From Eledone cirrhosa (Eukaryota): a stretch of 64,000 nt of DNA. The notes under the pieces are model-generated. The model did no database searches, was not told the DNA's origin, and saw nothing but the letters and a program-made list of their open reading frames with translations. The position numbers were made by a program, and so were the translations under genes. Positions 40,906 through 55,145 of this stretch are shown one piece after another (positions within the stretch are counted from its first letter, which is position 1; each line of letters opens with the position of its first letter). The stretch lies in contig OZ024740.1 of NCBI GenBank assembly GCA_964016885.1, positions 223,944,001 through 224,008,000 on the forward strand, written 5' to 3'.

Positions 40906-41744
40906 TACCACCACTTCAACTATTACTGCAGCAGCATGAATTTTCATTTCATAATCTTTATGCATGTATACATGCTTCTTACATATAAACTGACACACAT
41001 GCAAACGCACACACAAGCACACCCATACATATAACATACACACAAGCACATCCTTCCACATGTATGCAGTATTAACATCATTATGTCCATTTTCTACGCT
41101 GGTAGGGGATGCATGAATTGTCACAGTCTGTGACTTGACAAGTCAAATAACCATATCTTATTCATATATCACATTTTGACATGGTTTCTATGACTGGATG
41201 TCCTTTCTAATAGCACCCATTTTCCAGGGTATGCTGCATGCATTTTTTCAAGGCAACAGCACTACTTCTAACAAATCATCATTGTTTCATCATCTGCATT
41301 CTTTTTACGTCAGGTTTTGCATGTTCACATGGGTTGGATGGGTTTTAATTGCATTCCTTCGTCATCTCTGATTTTTGAGATCAGCTCTCACCACCTCAGT
41401 CTTACACTATCTTGTTTCTGCGATGCTCCCCAAATCAATATGGTTTAAGAGATAACAAAGGAAAGATACAGATTTATAATAAAAGTAAGAATGAGGAGGT
41501 CACAGAATGAGTGATAAAAGAGCTTTGACAATCAACAAACAATTAAACAATCGGGTTATTAAACTAAACGACTGAGAAATTATAATGATGAAATAAAGTG
41601 AGATTTAACAAATTGGCATGATTTTTATTGCCAGCATGATCTCTAAAAGTATAACAATATCTCTTTCAATACTCATTTTCAGATAAAATAATCTTGTAAA
41701 ACAAATACAAAACGAAATATATATATATATATATATATGTAAAA

Positions 41745-42405
41745 ATTAAAAATGAGAGGGATCAGATGTTGTTTAGTCGAGAGAAGGCTACGTTGGTATG
41801 GTCATGTGATGCGCATGAAAGACGACAGCTGTATAAAAAAGTGCAGGGCAATAAAGATAGACGGTAGCCACGGAGTAGGCAGACCCAGAAAAACCTGGGA
41901 CGACCTGATAAATTCCGACCTCACACACTTACACCTCTCCAAGACAATGTCACTGGACCGAGATCTTTGGCGGTACTCAGTAATAGAGAAGACCCGCCTT
42001 ACCTGAATACAAAGTAAAACCTACTACAGTCAGTAGGCATCTCTAACAAAACACCCCCCCCGTCCCACCACCCCCACCCCACCCACACCGCCCCTTTCAA
42101 TGTAAAGTTATGTTGGTTCCACAACATCCAGGCCGAAACAAATGAGATCGTGTAGGTGTCACGACAAAAAAACACACAGTCCATGCTGTAATGTGGCCGT
42201 GTAGGCAACACGGTAAAAACCTCCCAGCCCCACACTGTAAATGTGGTTGGTGTTAGGAAGGGCATCCAGCTGTAGAAAACCCGCCAGACAGTCCTATGCG
42301 AGCAAGACAACCACTCTTGCTTCAAGTTGGAAAACTCCCGTCCAAACCCATGCAAGCGTGGAACATGGACGTTAAACGATGATGATGATGATGATGATGA
42401 TGATA
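41745..42405 (+). mobile_element. RTE LINE 3' end with long 3'UTR and (GAT)n tail
   Basis: ERRLRWYGHVMRM...GRPRKTW; tail aaacccatgcaagcgtggaacatggacgttaaacgatgat. Confidence 0.85.
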
Positions 42406-42526
42406 TCACCAACTTACTGTATTTCATTTTATTTTTATTGTCATTTTGACTTATTAATATATTCTTAAATGAAAATCCCATTCCTGAATTCTACCATGTA
42501 GTGAATAGTTACTTGCACTATTATAA

Positions 42527-42625
42527 GCTTTCTGATGAAGTGTAATGAATAATTAAATATTGCATATATACTGTAGTCAGCATAAGCAGACAAATTATAA
42601 TAGACACAAAAACATATGTTAAAGC
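42527..42625 (+). ncRNA. Degenerate type I hammerhead motif
   Basis: gcttt-CTGATGA-agtgt...acac-aAAAA-CATATG-TT-aaagc; stems I and II and palindromic stem III present, GAAA has lost its G. Confidence 0.55.
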
Positions 42626-42639
42626 AAATCAATTCCTAG

Positions 42640-42810
42640 TTAGGCCATTACTCACCAGAGTACTCGATACTTGGGGTAAAAGGGTAGGTAATATAACATT
42701 TTCAGGACTCTAATGGCTGAGCTCCAGCCTTTTCAGCAGCTAGATCCTAACAATTTGGACCTAGCTGTTGAAATGGCTGGTGTTCAACCGTCGTAGTCCT
42801 ACATTTTTCA
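42640..42810 (-). mobile_element. Older, diverged fold-back half-hammerhead element
   Basis: caccagagtactcgatacttggggta... followed by a hairpin centred near 42750; ends in (TA)n. Confidence 0.6.
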
Positions 42811-43871
42811 TATATATATATATATTAAAAATATTATTTGTCTCTAATACTTACACATTTCATTGAATGGATTAAATATAGAGATAAAATATCATTCAGA
42901 CAAGTAATTTAACATATTAAACTTATGCCAAAATTTCAATTTTGGGGAGGCAGGCAGACTAAAATAAGTTAGTCTAACTGATATAATTGTCTCCTACAAT
43001 TGTTTATAGAACAAAGAAACAATACTGGCTGTTTCATGTATTGGAACTACCACTTTTGAAAGAACATTTTTCTGTATTCATGGAAGTGTTCTTTACAATA
43101 AGAGGAGATATTGATGATAAAATATAGAGACCATTTCATTGCCGAAAGCACATGGTGTCCAGAATTTCTGCAGTTGGACTACTAAACGAGCAAATCTCTC
43201 TATATATTAGGGCAATATATATATATTATATTATATAAATATATATGTTTGTGTGTGTGTATAAACATATATATATATATATTATTAAAACTCTGTGATT
43301 GTGTACTTGTCTGTAATTTAATACAGCCAAAATGGTGCCTGATGGGAAAATACTTTGAAAGGAAGTTGCCCCTGAAAGGGAAATTACAAATGGAATAAAA
43401 CAAGTTTTGCATAAATCGGAGCATGAGTTCCTGAGATACAGGGTTTTACCGGCTATCTTCATAAATAGAGAGAGAGAAACATAGAGAGAAAGAGATAGTG
43501 GTTGTGAGAGAGTAGATTAAAAGAGAGAGAGAAGGCGACAGAGAAGGAAAATGGAAGAGGGCAAGAGAGAGCAGGTAGCATTGTTGAATGAAATTACAAG
43601 AAGTGACTTCAAGGAATAGCATTACTGTATCTAAATCAAATTTGGTGATTGAATATTAAGTCATATGTATCATATAACTTGTGTTAGGACAGTTTGTGTG
43701 TAAATAGGAAGGGTTTCTAAGTGTGTGTGTGTGTGTGCATATATGCGTGTGTGTACATATGTGTGTGTGTACATATGTGTGTGTGTATGTGTGTATGTGT
43801 GTAACCTGTGTATATAGGTCACAGACACACACACACTCATATATATATATATACACTCATACACACACACG

Positions 43872-43907
<36 letters not shown>

Positions 43908-44962
43908 GGAAAACAGTCAGGACCCCAACGGCTGAGCTCCGGCCATTTCGGCCTTCCAATTCCATTTAACATTGTATACATGACTGAGTATATTTTAATT
44001 ATCTAAAAATTATTTTTAATTGAACATAATTTTTGAAAAACATCTCTATGTGAACATGAGTTAACGGTTAACGTGTGGTCTAGTATGAAGTATATTTGGG
44101 AAAGCAAACAAGATAAAGAAAATTTTACTTATTTACTGGAATAAATTTACCTGACTAAACTACAGCACTGTTTCCTGCAAAAACCTGAAATCATCAGGGA
44201 ACATTTTCAAACAAGAAATAATTCATATGTATATATATAATAAAACAAAGTCATTGGATAGGACCGATATACCGTTGATTATTTCCCCACTCACACAATG
44301 CTTTAATTAAGCCAGTATCATTAAGATACCCACAAAAATGAAATCAGAGTGCACACAAATATGTGAAATAGTGAGAAAAACAATTTCGTTTTGGTAGATA
44401 ATTTAGTTTCTGCTATTCCATCTGCTGGCAACAGCCCATATGGAACTGGCATGCACAGAAAGTAGGTAATGCTATTAAGCATTAGGTAATTGGATAAGAG
44501 CAGCTTCATCAGCGAGGAATTAGACTCTTCAGAACAAGTCAGCTACAAGCCCATATATATACACACACATATCTATGATATGTGTGCAAATGCTGGAGGG
44601 TTAATGCACCATTAAATAAGTATGTAATGTCGTGAGTAAATATTTATTCTGTTACTGCATCACGTCATATATATATATACATACATATACATACATACAC
44701 ATACATACATATATTATAAAGAGTAAGGACCTGGCTCTTTAAAATATAATCATACTCTACCACCCCAAGTATCGAGTAATCGTTTGAGTAATGGTCTAAC
44801 CAGTTTCAGACTGAATCTATCATTATATATATATATATATATATATACATATAGTAATAATAATAAATTTAAAGACTAAATCCAAAGAGGGCTCGATAAG
44901 GATAAATATATATCAAATATATAAAAACCATAGAGCAAATATTTATTAAAATAACAGATTAA

Positions 44963-45013
44963 AGTTTAAACAAAGAATCGCTGCTTTCGCCCTTAACAGG
45001 ATCTTCAGAAACT
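44963..45013 (-). ncRNA. Probable type I hammerhead motif
   Basis: Minus strand: agttt-CTGAAGA-tcctgttaagggc-GAAA-gcag-cgattct-ttgt-TT-aaact; G-U-rich stem III, atypical UUU triplet. Confidence 0.5.
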
Positions 45014-45986
45014 AAAAAAATAAATCTGTGAATGCAGAAGTAAATATTTCGAAAAACGTTGCAACCGAAGGAAGACAGGAAGATGATACTTTCGTTCGTG
45101 GAAACGTTCCCTGGCAAAGAACGAAAAAAAAAGAAAATAATACGTCATTATTCGGAGTGATGAAAACAATTACACGCAAAGACAAAACTTAAATCTATTA
45201 TTTTAATATATACATATATGTACATACATATATACATACCGATATTTGAACACAATTATTATTCGTTTTCATCACAAAATAATCGAGAAACTCTATCATT
45301 CACAGACATTTTTATCTTTATTTTACAGTCAAATACAGAATGCATTTGTTACTAGAATATTAATTATATAGTAACGGATTATGCTTCCCTGCACATTTCA
45401 AATATACATATGGCCTTCGATTCTAATAGCATTCATTTCATTGTAAAAATGAATGCAGCGTTAACATAATGAAAGGCACTGATGTCAATCATTGGAAATA
45501 TGTTCTTATTTAGTCCCAAAGCTATATCTTTATAGAGAAACAGAATAATATTGTAAAATCTTTGTTTCTCTCAAGAGCATCAGTAGCATAATTGATCTAA
45601 ATAGCCTTCAACTTGGACTAAAAACAATATTCATCTAGCAATGTTCTCTACTTAAGTTGGGCTTACTTAAAACTTATATTTTACTCTATATCACTTTCCT
45701 TAACCTAAGAAAATAATGGTTTCTGATTTAGGTACAAAGCCAACAAGATAAAGCTAATCTCCGCAGGATTAGTAGGCAGAACGTAAAGGGCCGTAACTCT
45801 ATACTAAAAAGTATAGTGTCCAGCACTCTATCAATACTTGAAAATAATGTCATACAAACTAAAAATCAGTTTGAAAATAATTACTTTTCACTTTAACATT
45901 TTAAGAGTTTGAAACTTATAGATGCTGAAATTATCAGCAGTTATGAGTCATTGTCTGAAACTGTGAAATGTTGTACTTCATTATAT

Positions 45987-46190
45987 TCTGTAAAGTGGTG
46001 GTGCTGGTGACATGATAACATGCACCCAGTACACTCTGTAAAGTTGTTGTGCTGGTGACATATCATACACCCAGTACACTCTGTAAAGTGGTAGTGCTGG
46101 TGACATAACATGCACCGAGTACACTCTGTGAAGTGGTAGTGCTGGTGCTACAATAAAATATACCCTGTGGACTCTGCAAAGTGGTTGGCA
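45987..46190 (+). repeat. ~45-bp minisatellite (about 4 units) within an RTE-derived 3'UTR or SINE tail
   Basis: tctgtaaagtggt.gtgctggtgacat...cacccagtacac repeated; the same unit occurs singly in the SINE and RTE tails. Confidence 0.75.
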
Positions 46191-46975
46191 TAAGGAAACT
46201 AATCATGCCATAGACACCATGCCAAAATGTTGAAAGCTTGGGGAAAGTGTGGTTCACAGATCTGTCTATAGTCCCAGACTGTGATGTTCTGTTCAACAGA
46301 TACTAATATGGAAAGCAGATTGTAAATGATTATAATGATTACCAGAAGTCATTTATTTCTCTTGAAAGTTCTTTTTATTCCTTTAGTGGCTTCAGTCTCT
46401 GGATTGCTGCCATGCTGGAGCAACACCTTCAAGTTCATCAGTTGATTACATTGATACCAATATACCAAACCCTTATGCAAGAAAGCTGACCTTGATGTAA
46501 ATGAACATAACTGCAACAAAAATAAATACTCTGAGGTATCTTTTTGTTATGCACTAATTTTATTCAACACACATGCACCCACACATACACAATCTGACCA
46601 CATTGATCACCATTCTGATTACCAAATTTCACTCACAAAGATTTGGTAAACTTGGTACAGACCAAGCTGGGAACCATATGTGGTTACAAAGTGAATGTCT
46701 TAACAACAGTGTGATACTTGCAATATTTTAATAGAGTGGTGTTTAAAACGCACCTCATACAGATTGTAAAGTGATAGTGTCGGTGCCACATGAAAATGCA
46801 CCCTGAAATATTTGAATATTTAAATATATCATCGTCTTGGATTCCTTCTGTAATTTCCTCCAAGCGATCATGTCCTCCACAATTCTGATTGTCTCTCAGG
46901 GACTCCTGTCAGTCTATGTGCAGATGTCACTCATCCAGTACCTTTTTACCTACCCTCTTATATGAGATGTATATT

Positions 46976-47311
46976 AAACCACCTCTGGTCATGAATGACC
47001 ATGGGATTTGATACTAGAAAGTTGCCGTCAACGCACAAGTTCAGGTAAGGTTGTTTGTGGAAGACTAGCAATCGCCCATGCACACCAGCCTACCCTTTCC
47101 ACACCACCGATGTTGTCCAAGGCAAAGGCAAAGGCTGATACAGCTTGGCACCAGTGACGTCACAACTTATTTCTACAGTGGAGTGAACTGGAGTAATGTG
47201 AAATAAAGTGTCTCTTACTCAAGAACACAATGCATCACCCGGTCCAAGAATCAAACTCACAATCTGACAATTGTAAGCCCGACGTTCTAACAACTAAGCC
47301 AGGCGCCTTCA
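46976..47311 (-). mobile_element. CORE-like tRNA-derived SINE (group 2)
   Basis: tRNA head (ggcttagttgttagaacgtcggg...gagtttgattc) plus CORE-like segment; homologous to 58215-58530. Confidence 0.75.
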
Positions 47312-50300
47312 TATGTAAATATGTGTGTGTGTATATTTATTGTGTATATAAGTGAGCTTTAATGTTAACGGTTCCCAGAAGCGAGGTATGCATCTAATAT
47401 CTGCTCACTTGATACAGAAAAAGTTGAAATATCATAAAATAATAAAGTACTTTAATTTGTTTGTTCACTGTGGCTTAACTTGAATACATGATGAAATACA
47501 TTTGAAGGAAAAAAGCTACTTATCTATTTACAGGAAGGTAGATTTTAAGAATTGCTTTCTAGAAAGATTTGAAAACTCTAACAAGCATTTCTTATAAGAA
47601 ATTTAAATGGATGTCCTTTGTTTTGCGTTATACTTGTCAATAGTACAATGGAAAAAAGAATTGAAGTATCAGATAACAAACATACTAAACATATCCACTA
47701 ATTAAATAAATATAAAAAAGCAATATGCTAAATCTAACAGCATAGCAAAAGGTAGTAGCAAAGTTTTGTGCCCATGCTGTCTATCTGTTCAGCACATATT
47801 TATATTTTTCCACAAATAAAATAGAAAAAGAAATAAAAGGAAAAATATTAGTTTTGAAAGCCAACAGAAATATTCTTCCTGTTGAAACAAGACTAGACTG
47901 ATGACACAGCATGCCAAGCTAAAAATCTGAAAACCTATCTTAAAGATTTACCAATTTTCAAAGTATCAATTCATCAAATGAATATTCATGATAAGCCCAG
48001 TGCCATTCTAAGAGACATTGATGACAAATTGGATATGATATTTCTGAATAATGTGATAGGAATGAAGACTAAAAGATACAGAAGAGAAGTTAGTGTAAGT
48101 ATGTGTGAGGAAAAAAATAAGAATATGATACAAGATTGTCTTTTAAACATGCAAAGAGATAGGATTTTTAGTTGTTTTAATTTGAAGTTGTTACTATTTT
48201 TGTTATAGCAATTTAAGATAAATGGGTAAATAAACTGCACCCAGTAAATACTGTAAAGTGGTTGATATTAAGGTGTGCATGCTATTACAGAAATCATGTG
48301 ATCATCTGATGCAAAACGACAATAATGATTAATATGGTAGAGTTTCACATATGTAATATAGTGATTTGAAAATCTCTAATAAATGAGATTGTCCATTCAA
48401 TTAGGAGGCAAATTCTCTTTTTAAGAGTGTATAAATTCAAATTTACATGAATCTGTTAAGATCAGGTAATTAACAATTTTGGAAAATACACCTTATGAAG
48501 ATGGAAGTGTATCTAGTTAATAAAGCCATCTGGTGGAAGCAATGGTGATATTTCAGTCTTATTAAATCTTCTTAGCAAAGTATGTACTACTCCATTGGTA
48601 AGTTTGTGAGTGGACAATATATATAGATATCAATAGAAAGTGGTGATACTGATTATATATAAACAATAGGGCAGAGGGAAATGCATCAGGGTAGCATTTC
48701 TGCATACTGAATACATATGTAGCATCCGAGTATATATAATATAGTAGGTTGAAAACTTCAAATAGCTGAGATTATCTATGCAATTAGTAGAGAAAACCTT
48801 CCCTTTGGGATGTTAAAAATCTAAAAGCAACAAGCAAATTAAATATCAATTACTTTCACCTGCTGGCTTTCTAGGTACTAGACTAACTCCCATCTTCAAA
48901 CATTTTGATTAACTGATCTTACTAAAGTTTACCCTGGGAATCTAAACACTCATAAAGGAACGTTTTATCTAAGAATTGCATGGACGATGTCATTAACAGA
49001 AGATTTTCAACTAACTATACTATGTGATAAACAGTTTTCAAAACATTTCAATAGCTTTGTTCCTACCTACATAGTATCCGCCTAGATTTGAAATAAGAAA
49101 CCTTTATTTCTAGATTAAGGATACTAATATTCTTATCTATTCAGCTACTGATATCTACAGTGCCCCAAGTTATAATCTTTTTATCTAAAAACTTCTACAA
49201 AATTATACAACACTGTTGAAAATTTGGCTTCTTACCTTGTGAAAACAATAAAAAAATAAATCAATGTTTGTATCCAACCCCATTATTTTCTACTCTTCTT
49301 CTATACCTCTTGGGAATAATGCAATTCAATATAAATTAATTATTTTTCCTTCCTTATCTCTTGCTGACAAATGTAGAAATTTCAGTTTCAAATTAACTAT
49401 GTTTATTTTATGTTCATCCAAGTATAAGCTTTAGTGACAAATGGTGAGAGTTTGGTAGATAAAGTTAATTGTTTTATGTTTTCTTTCAGTTTGTCCCTCA
49501 TGTTCAGATTAGTATTGTATTAGTAGTTACTTACTTTGTTCATATTACTGGACACAGACATAATGTTGTTACTATGAAGAATAATGTATCTTTTGTTTTA
49601 CATAAATGTATTTTATTTGGCGATTCAGAAAACAAAGTGCTCTATAGAAAACATTTTAAATGAGAAATTTGTTGTTGTTTAGCCCTAGGTAAATTCTGAA
49701 CAATGACATCCCCCATCGCTTTGTATATCAAGAATTACATTGTTTAATATTTCAATAATTTATTCCTATCTTTAAGACTGTATGTTGGAGGATATAGCTG
49801 CTATTTCTTGCAAAATTTACGAAAGTCAAAATACTGTTAACTTAAATGAGAATGAAAGTGAAAGTGGCTGGTGTGGTTATGAAGGTAGATGTTTTATTTT
49901 AAATGTTGAAATGTAATAATGGATGTAAATACATAGTCGACCATTGTTAAATGTACAGGATGTAGGCTTTTGCATTTAAGTAGTGTTTTTGAAAATCTAA
50001 ATTACTTCTATGGGTTAATTAGAGAAAATAAAACACTCTGTCACTACCATTTCCCTTGTGTCAAATTTGAACCAACTACTGCATTAAATTAAGGACTTTC
50101 TCCTAAGTACTGGATATTTCAATGAAATCTTGTAAGTTAGTAAAAGTGGGAAGTTTGATAGCATCAAAATTTCATGGAAGTCATGAAGGAAGCTGACTCT
50201 ATTAATGCATAGGTAGTCAGCTAGATGCCATACTGTGAATAGATTTGCAGGAAATTTAAGCTCTCCAAGTCATTAGGTAGGTTCCATTGAGATGAATTGC

Positions 50301-52995
50301 TATGGTTTTGGATGATATTGGTAAAGTGCCAGCTGTCTAGTTAGTCTGACCACTGTAAAAGCAGTAATTGCAAGTAAGAAATCAAGAAAAGAAATAGTGG
50401 GAGAAAGAAAAATAAAGAGACTCAATTTGATAGCAATGTAGATGGTGAAGGGAGGTGTAAAAAGAGAGGGAGAAAAAGGAAGCTGAAAGAGTAATTTATG
50501 GCAATGCAGTTTAACACATTTTCAGATATTGATTAGATTTTCTTTTTAGATTGCTAGGATTTCAGGTTTCTCAGGAAATTTTGAAGAATAATTTAGAAAA
50601 CCGAAAGTAGAATAAATATCATAGAAAAAGAAAATCATGTTCTGAATATTCATAGCATCTTTATTACTTTGCAGGATTATTAAAAGAGAAAATTTTTTCA
50701 CTGTTGCATTTCATTTACAAAAATTAAAAAAGGAAAAAATGAAGGTGGAAGCAACATTTTGATACTGAAAAGATAGGAATTTGATCTTAGAATAAGACCC
50801 ATGTTCAAGATCTTGGAAGTTAACTGTTTTGAGTTTATTTGCATATGGCAGCTATCATGATGTCATATGATGTGAATATAAAACTATATCTCATATTATT
50901 TGCATTTCATCTGAGAGTATTGTTTTTAAAATTGTATGGAAAAGCAATTGAAATGGAAACCTTACAAAATAAACGTTAGAATCAGACTAAAATTGATTAT
51001 GGATGATAAGAGATTAAAAGAGGCTCAGTCGTTAAACTACTGAACTCCTAGCCTCTAGGTGAAAGGTTTAATCCAGATATAAATCATTGAGAAGAAAATT
51101 CTGCAGCAGCATTTGATTAAATCTCTCTAGTTGTAATATTTATTGACATCCCTTTAAATGACTTATGCTGATATATATTTAAATATTCTGAAACTGATTG
51201 GAGCAATTCGTACGTATCATTTGCATTATTATACATTTTTCCCTCATATATTTTTTTGTTCTTCAGTAATATCCAAAATTATTAACTAATTAAAATATGA
51301 CATTTATTATTTAAAAATATGAGCATCAAAAATGCAGAAAATGTCTGCCATAAAAACTGATCCATATATACATTAGCTGGGAAAATCAGATAAAATGGTA
51401 ATCAGAAAGAACCATATCTCTCAAATACAATGTGAGCATAGGTGTTTCTGTCAAAATTTGTCTACCTCTAATGGTTTTTTGCCCAATTTTCACAGCTATT
51501 CTTTATAGGGGCTGACTACCATTGCCGTCATTTTCTACATTTCAGATGCTCACATTTTCAAATTTTCAAATTTCCTCAGTGTTCCATAAATCATTATTTA
51601 TTGTTTTATAGTATTTAGGTTGGACTGTACTACAGAATATATTTATAGATTTTTGCCAACACTATATTTTTAGACAACTTGTTTTACACAGAATATCTTT
51701 GAGAAAAACAGAAGGATCAGCTGGACTAGTTTCACTCCTGCATCAATAACAGAATACCGTCTATAACTCAATAGAGGCATTGCTTATAAACCCTGTATTA
51801 CTAAAAGTGAAAGTTAATTGGATAGACCCATTTTCATATATTACATATTTGACAAGTATTTGAAGGTTGGGCTCTGTCAGTCTTAAAATGTGCACTATGG
51901 CACACCCAAAACTTCATCAGGAGTTATAGGACCATACCATATATTGAGAATCTAGAATTGCCACAAAGTTATTACCCTGATTGTAATAGGAATCTTAAGA
52001 AACAACCTATACATTAAAAAACCCATATCCTTTTGTAGGGTCTTCGTTAGAAATTAATTTTACTGCAGTTATCATGTTTGAATACATTTGTAACCTATGT
52101 GAAAAGGTGGCTTTTAATTTAATACATCTTTTATAGACACTGGATTATATTTTACGTGCTTAACACAAAAACAAACAGATTTAGGTATTGATTTTTTTTA
52201 TAGGTAGTCAAACAAAAAAAAAATGTATTCATGTCTCTAATGATTCCTGAAACTGTTTTTCAGGAAAAGTATCTGGGTATTGAGAACCCTTACCTAACCA
52301 TATGTGTAACATCTTCTCTCAATTATGTGCTCTATCCTCCCAAATAAAATAATAGGAACTTACAGTTTGGTAAGCTTATGAACTCTGTTTTTAAGTCTTC
52401 TTGGCCTTACCAGACAAATAAAGTTACTAAGCGTATATTTCAATTACACATTTGACACATACCAATGCCATGTCATGTGAGAGAAAATAACACCATACAG
52501 TCTCGTTTGAAGCTTTGGATATTTCCACAATACTACTGCACACCCAAAAGGTTTAGTGATATATTAACAGATCATAGGAAATTAAAATAAATTGAATTTA
52601 ATTATACAAATGTATATAAAACTATGATACTTTAGGGTTTAGTTCTGCAACACTCTGATATCTGCACCATAGCTGGTTGCCTAGTTGGCCATAACACTAG
52701 TGCTGCCCATGTTTGTTCTAATTCTATTTCAATCATAAATTATATTTTCATACCTTTGTATCTAATTTAACTTACAATATATAATCAATATATAAAATGT
52801 TTAAATTAATTATTTCATATGTGAAAAAGAAATACTATATTTTCCAATGTATATCATGCACATTATTAAATTATGGCATTAAAAACATTGTAGTGATATT
52901 GTGGTTAAATATTTCTTCTGATAAATGATGATTTCAATGAAATCGATATCTATATCTATATAATATATATATATATATACATAATATATATATAA

Positions 52996-53069
<74 letters not shown>

Positions 53070-53138
53070 CGCACTCAAAAACAAGATGGCGTAGGACGGA
53101 ACAAAGGAGAGGCACAAAAACAAAGAAAAGAATCCCCA

Positions 53139-53181
53139 GTCACTGAAGAGGTCACAGAATGAGTGACGAAAGAACTTTGCC
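53139..53181 (+). ncRNA. Hammerhead-like motif, partly degenerate; related copy at 41492-41530
   Basis: gtca-CTGAAGA-g-gtcac-agaatga-gtgac-GAAA-gaactt-tgcc; perfect 5-bp stem II; lies in an island between (TA)n tracts. Confidence 0.6.
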
Positions 53182-53354
53182 AATATATAAACAATCGTCT
53201 GATTGTGGAACCAACCAACCAAACGGAAATTTATAAATTCCTAAATTTATAATAAATTGAAGTGAAAGCAACTGGTGTGTGTGTTTCTTATTTGCAACAT
53301 GACCCTTCCAAAGTATAACAACATATATATAAAATATATATATTATATATTCCG

Positions 53355-54028
53355 CTGAAGGTGGAAGACTTACGTAGATTAGAAAGAAACGCATGCTCCG
53401 ATGGATGTGTGATAGTAATATACACCAACGCCAAAGCAAAAATGAATTGAGAGAGAGAGACTGAGCATAAGAGGAATCAAATGCTGTGTGCAGGAGAGGT
53501 GGTTGCGTTGGTATAGACATGTGATGCGTATGAAGGATGACAGCTGCATAAAAAGGTGCAGAGCACACTAGAAGTCAATGGAAACCGCGGAGGGGAGACC
53601 CAAGAAGACCTGGGATGAGGTGAAAAAAGCCGACCTTACCCAATTACATCTCTCAAAGGCGATGACACACGACCGTGACCACTGGCGTGACACAGTAGTA
53701 CAGAGTACCCGACCTCCCATGGGTACGAGCTGAATATATAGACAATATGCCCCCTCACCCTTCCACTATGGAGGTGCCACGGCAAAAAAGTACTCAGCCC
53801 ACACTGTAGAGTGGACGTGTAGGCGCCACAGAAAATAAGCACCCAGCACTAACTGGAAATGAGGTTGGTGTTAGGAAGGGCATCCAGCTGTAGAAATCAA
53901 GCCAAAATCATTTCCTGTATGAGCAAAGCATGGTCAGCCTACCAGACACTGCCCAGAACAGGACAACCCGTCTAACCCATGCTAGCATGGAAGAACGGAC
54001 GTAAAACGGTGATGATGATGATGATGAT
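53355..54028 (+). mobile_element. RTE LINE 3' end with long 3'UTR (family B)
   Basis: Decayed LRW..HVMRMKDDSCIK...GRPKKTW region; (GAT)n tail. Confidence 0.8.
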
Positions 54029-54064
54029 ATATATACAATATATATAATATATAATATATATATA

Positions 54065-54399
54065 TCATCTTCATCATCATTTCATTTTACGTCCGCTTTT
54101 CCCTGCTTGCAAGGGTGGGACGGGAACTGATTCTGGCTTGATTTCTACAGCTGGATGCCCTTCCTAACACTAACCTGTGAGTGCTGGGTGCTTTTTTGCC
54201 GTGAGAGCTTCACGACCACTTTGCAGTGGAATGATAGTGACCATAATTCCTATCATCTCATTTCTACAGCTGAGTAAACTGGAGCAATGTGAAATAAAGT
54301 GTCTTGCTCAAGGAAACAACACATTACCCAGTCTGAGAATTGAACTCACAACCTTTCGATTGCAAGGCCAATGCTCTAACCACTAAGCCATGTGCCTCC
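54065..54399 (-). mobile_element. Young CORE-like SINE with RTE tail A
   Basis: Head ggaggcacatggcttagtggttagagca...gagttcaattc, CORE-like ccttgagcaagacactt...cagctgtagaaatg, tail cccacccttgcaagcaggg. Confidence 0.85.
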
Positions 54400-54411
54400 A
54401 TATATATATTT

Positions 54412-54451
<40 letters not shown>

Positions 54452-54792
54452 GGTTCAATTCTCAGATCGGGTGATGTGTTGTTTCCTTGAGCAAGACACT
54501 TTATTCCACATTGCTCCAGTTTACTCAGCTGTAGAAATGAGATCATAGGACTGGAGTACCTATCATTCGACTGCAAAGGGGTTGTGGAGGTGCCATGGCA
54601 AAAAAGCACCCAGCACTCACTGTAAATGAGGTTGGTGTTAGGAAGGGCATCCAGCTGTAGAAGTCAAGCCAGAATCAGTTCCCGTATGAGCAAGACAAGG
54701 TCCACCGACTGGACACTGCCCATAACAGGTCAACCCGTCTAACCCATGCTAGCATGGAAGAACAGATGTAAAAACGGTGATGATGATGATGA
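54452..54792 (+). mobile_element. 5'-truncated CORE-like SINE with RTE tail B
   Basis: Same body as 54065-54399; tail matches ~53920-54028. Confidence 0.85.
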
Positions 54793-54848
54793 TAATATGT
54801 ATATATATGTGTGTGTCTGTGTGTATGTATATATATATATATATATAT

Positions 54849-55012
54849 AATGATGGAAGTGTGGTAAGGAACCAGGTGAACCTTAACGCACCAGAGTACT
54901 CAATACTTAGGGAAGTAGAGTGGGTAATAGGAAAATGTTCAAGAGCCCGATGGCAGAGCTCAAGCCGTTTCGACGGCTATTTCTGGAGTCCAGAAACAGG
55001 GTCTTGAACATT
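54849..55012 (-). mobile_element. Fold-back half-hammerhead element, copy with internally deleted right arm
   Basis: Highly similar to 28177-28368; turnaround tttctggagtccagaaa. Confidence 0.75.
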
Positions 55013-55145
55013 TTATATATATATAAGTACTGCGGGCAATGGCAACTTCTTTTCTCTGTCTTTTAAAATCTTCACCATAGTTTATAAGGTATTTTTATAG
55101 CATCTCTGCACTTGAACATACCACACTTTATACTTATATATATAT

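Noticed and set aside
45987-46190. CRISPR-like array
   Set aside because: Contiguous tandem units with no unique spacers, eukaryotic context, and the unit belongs to a retroposon tail.
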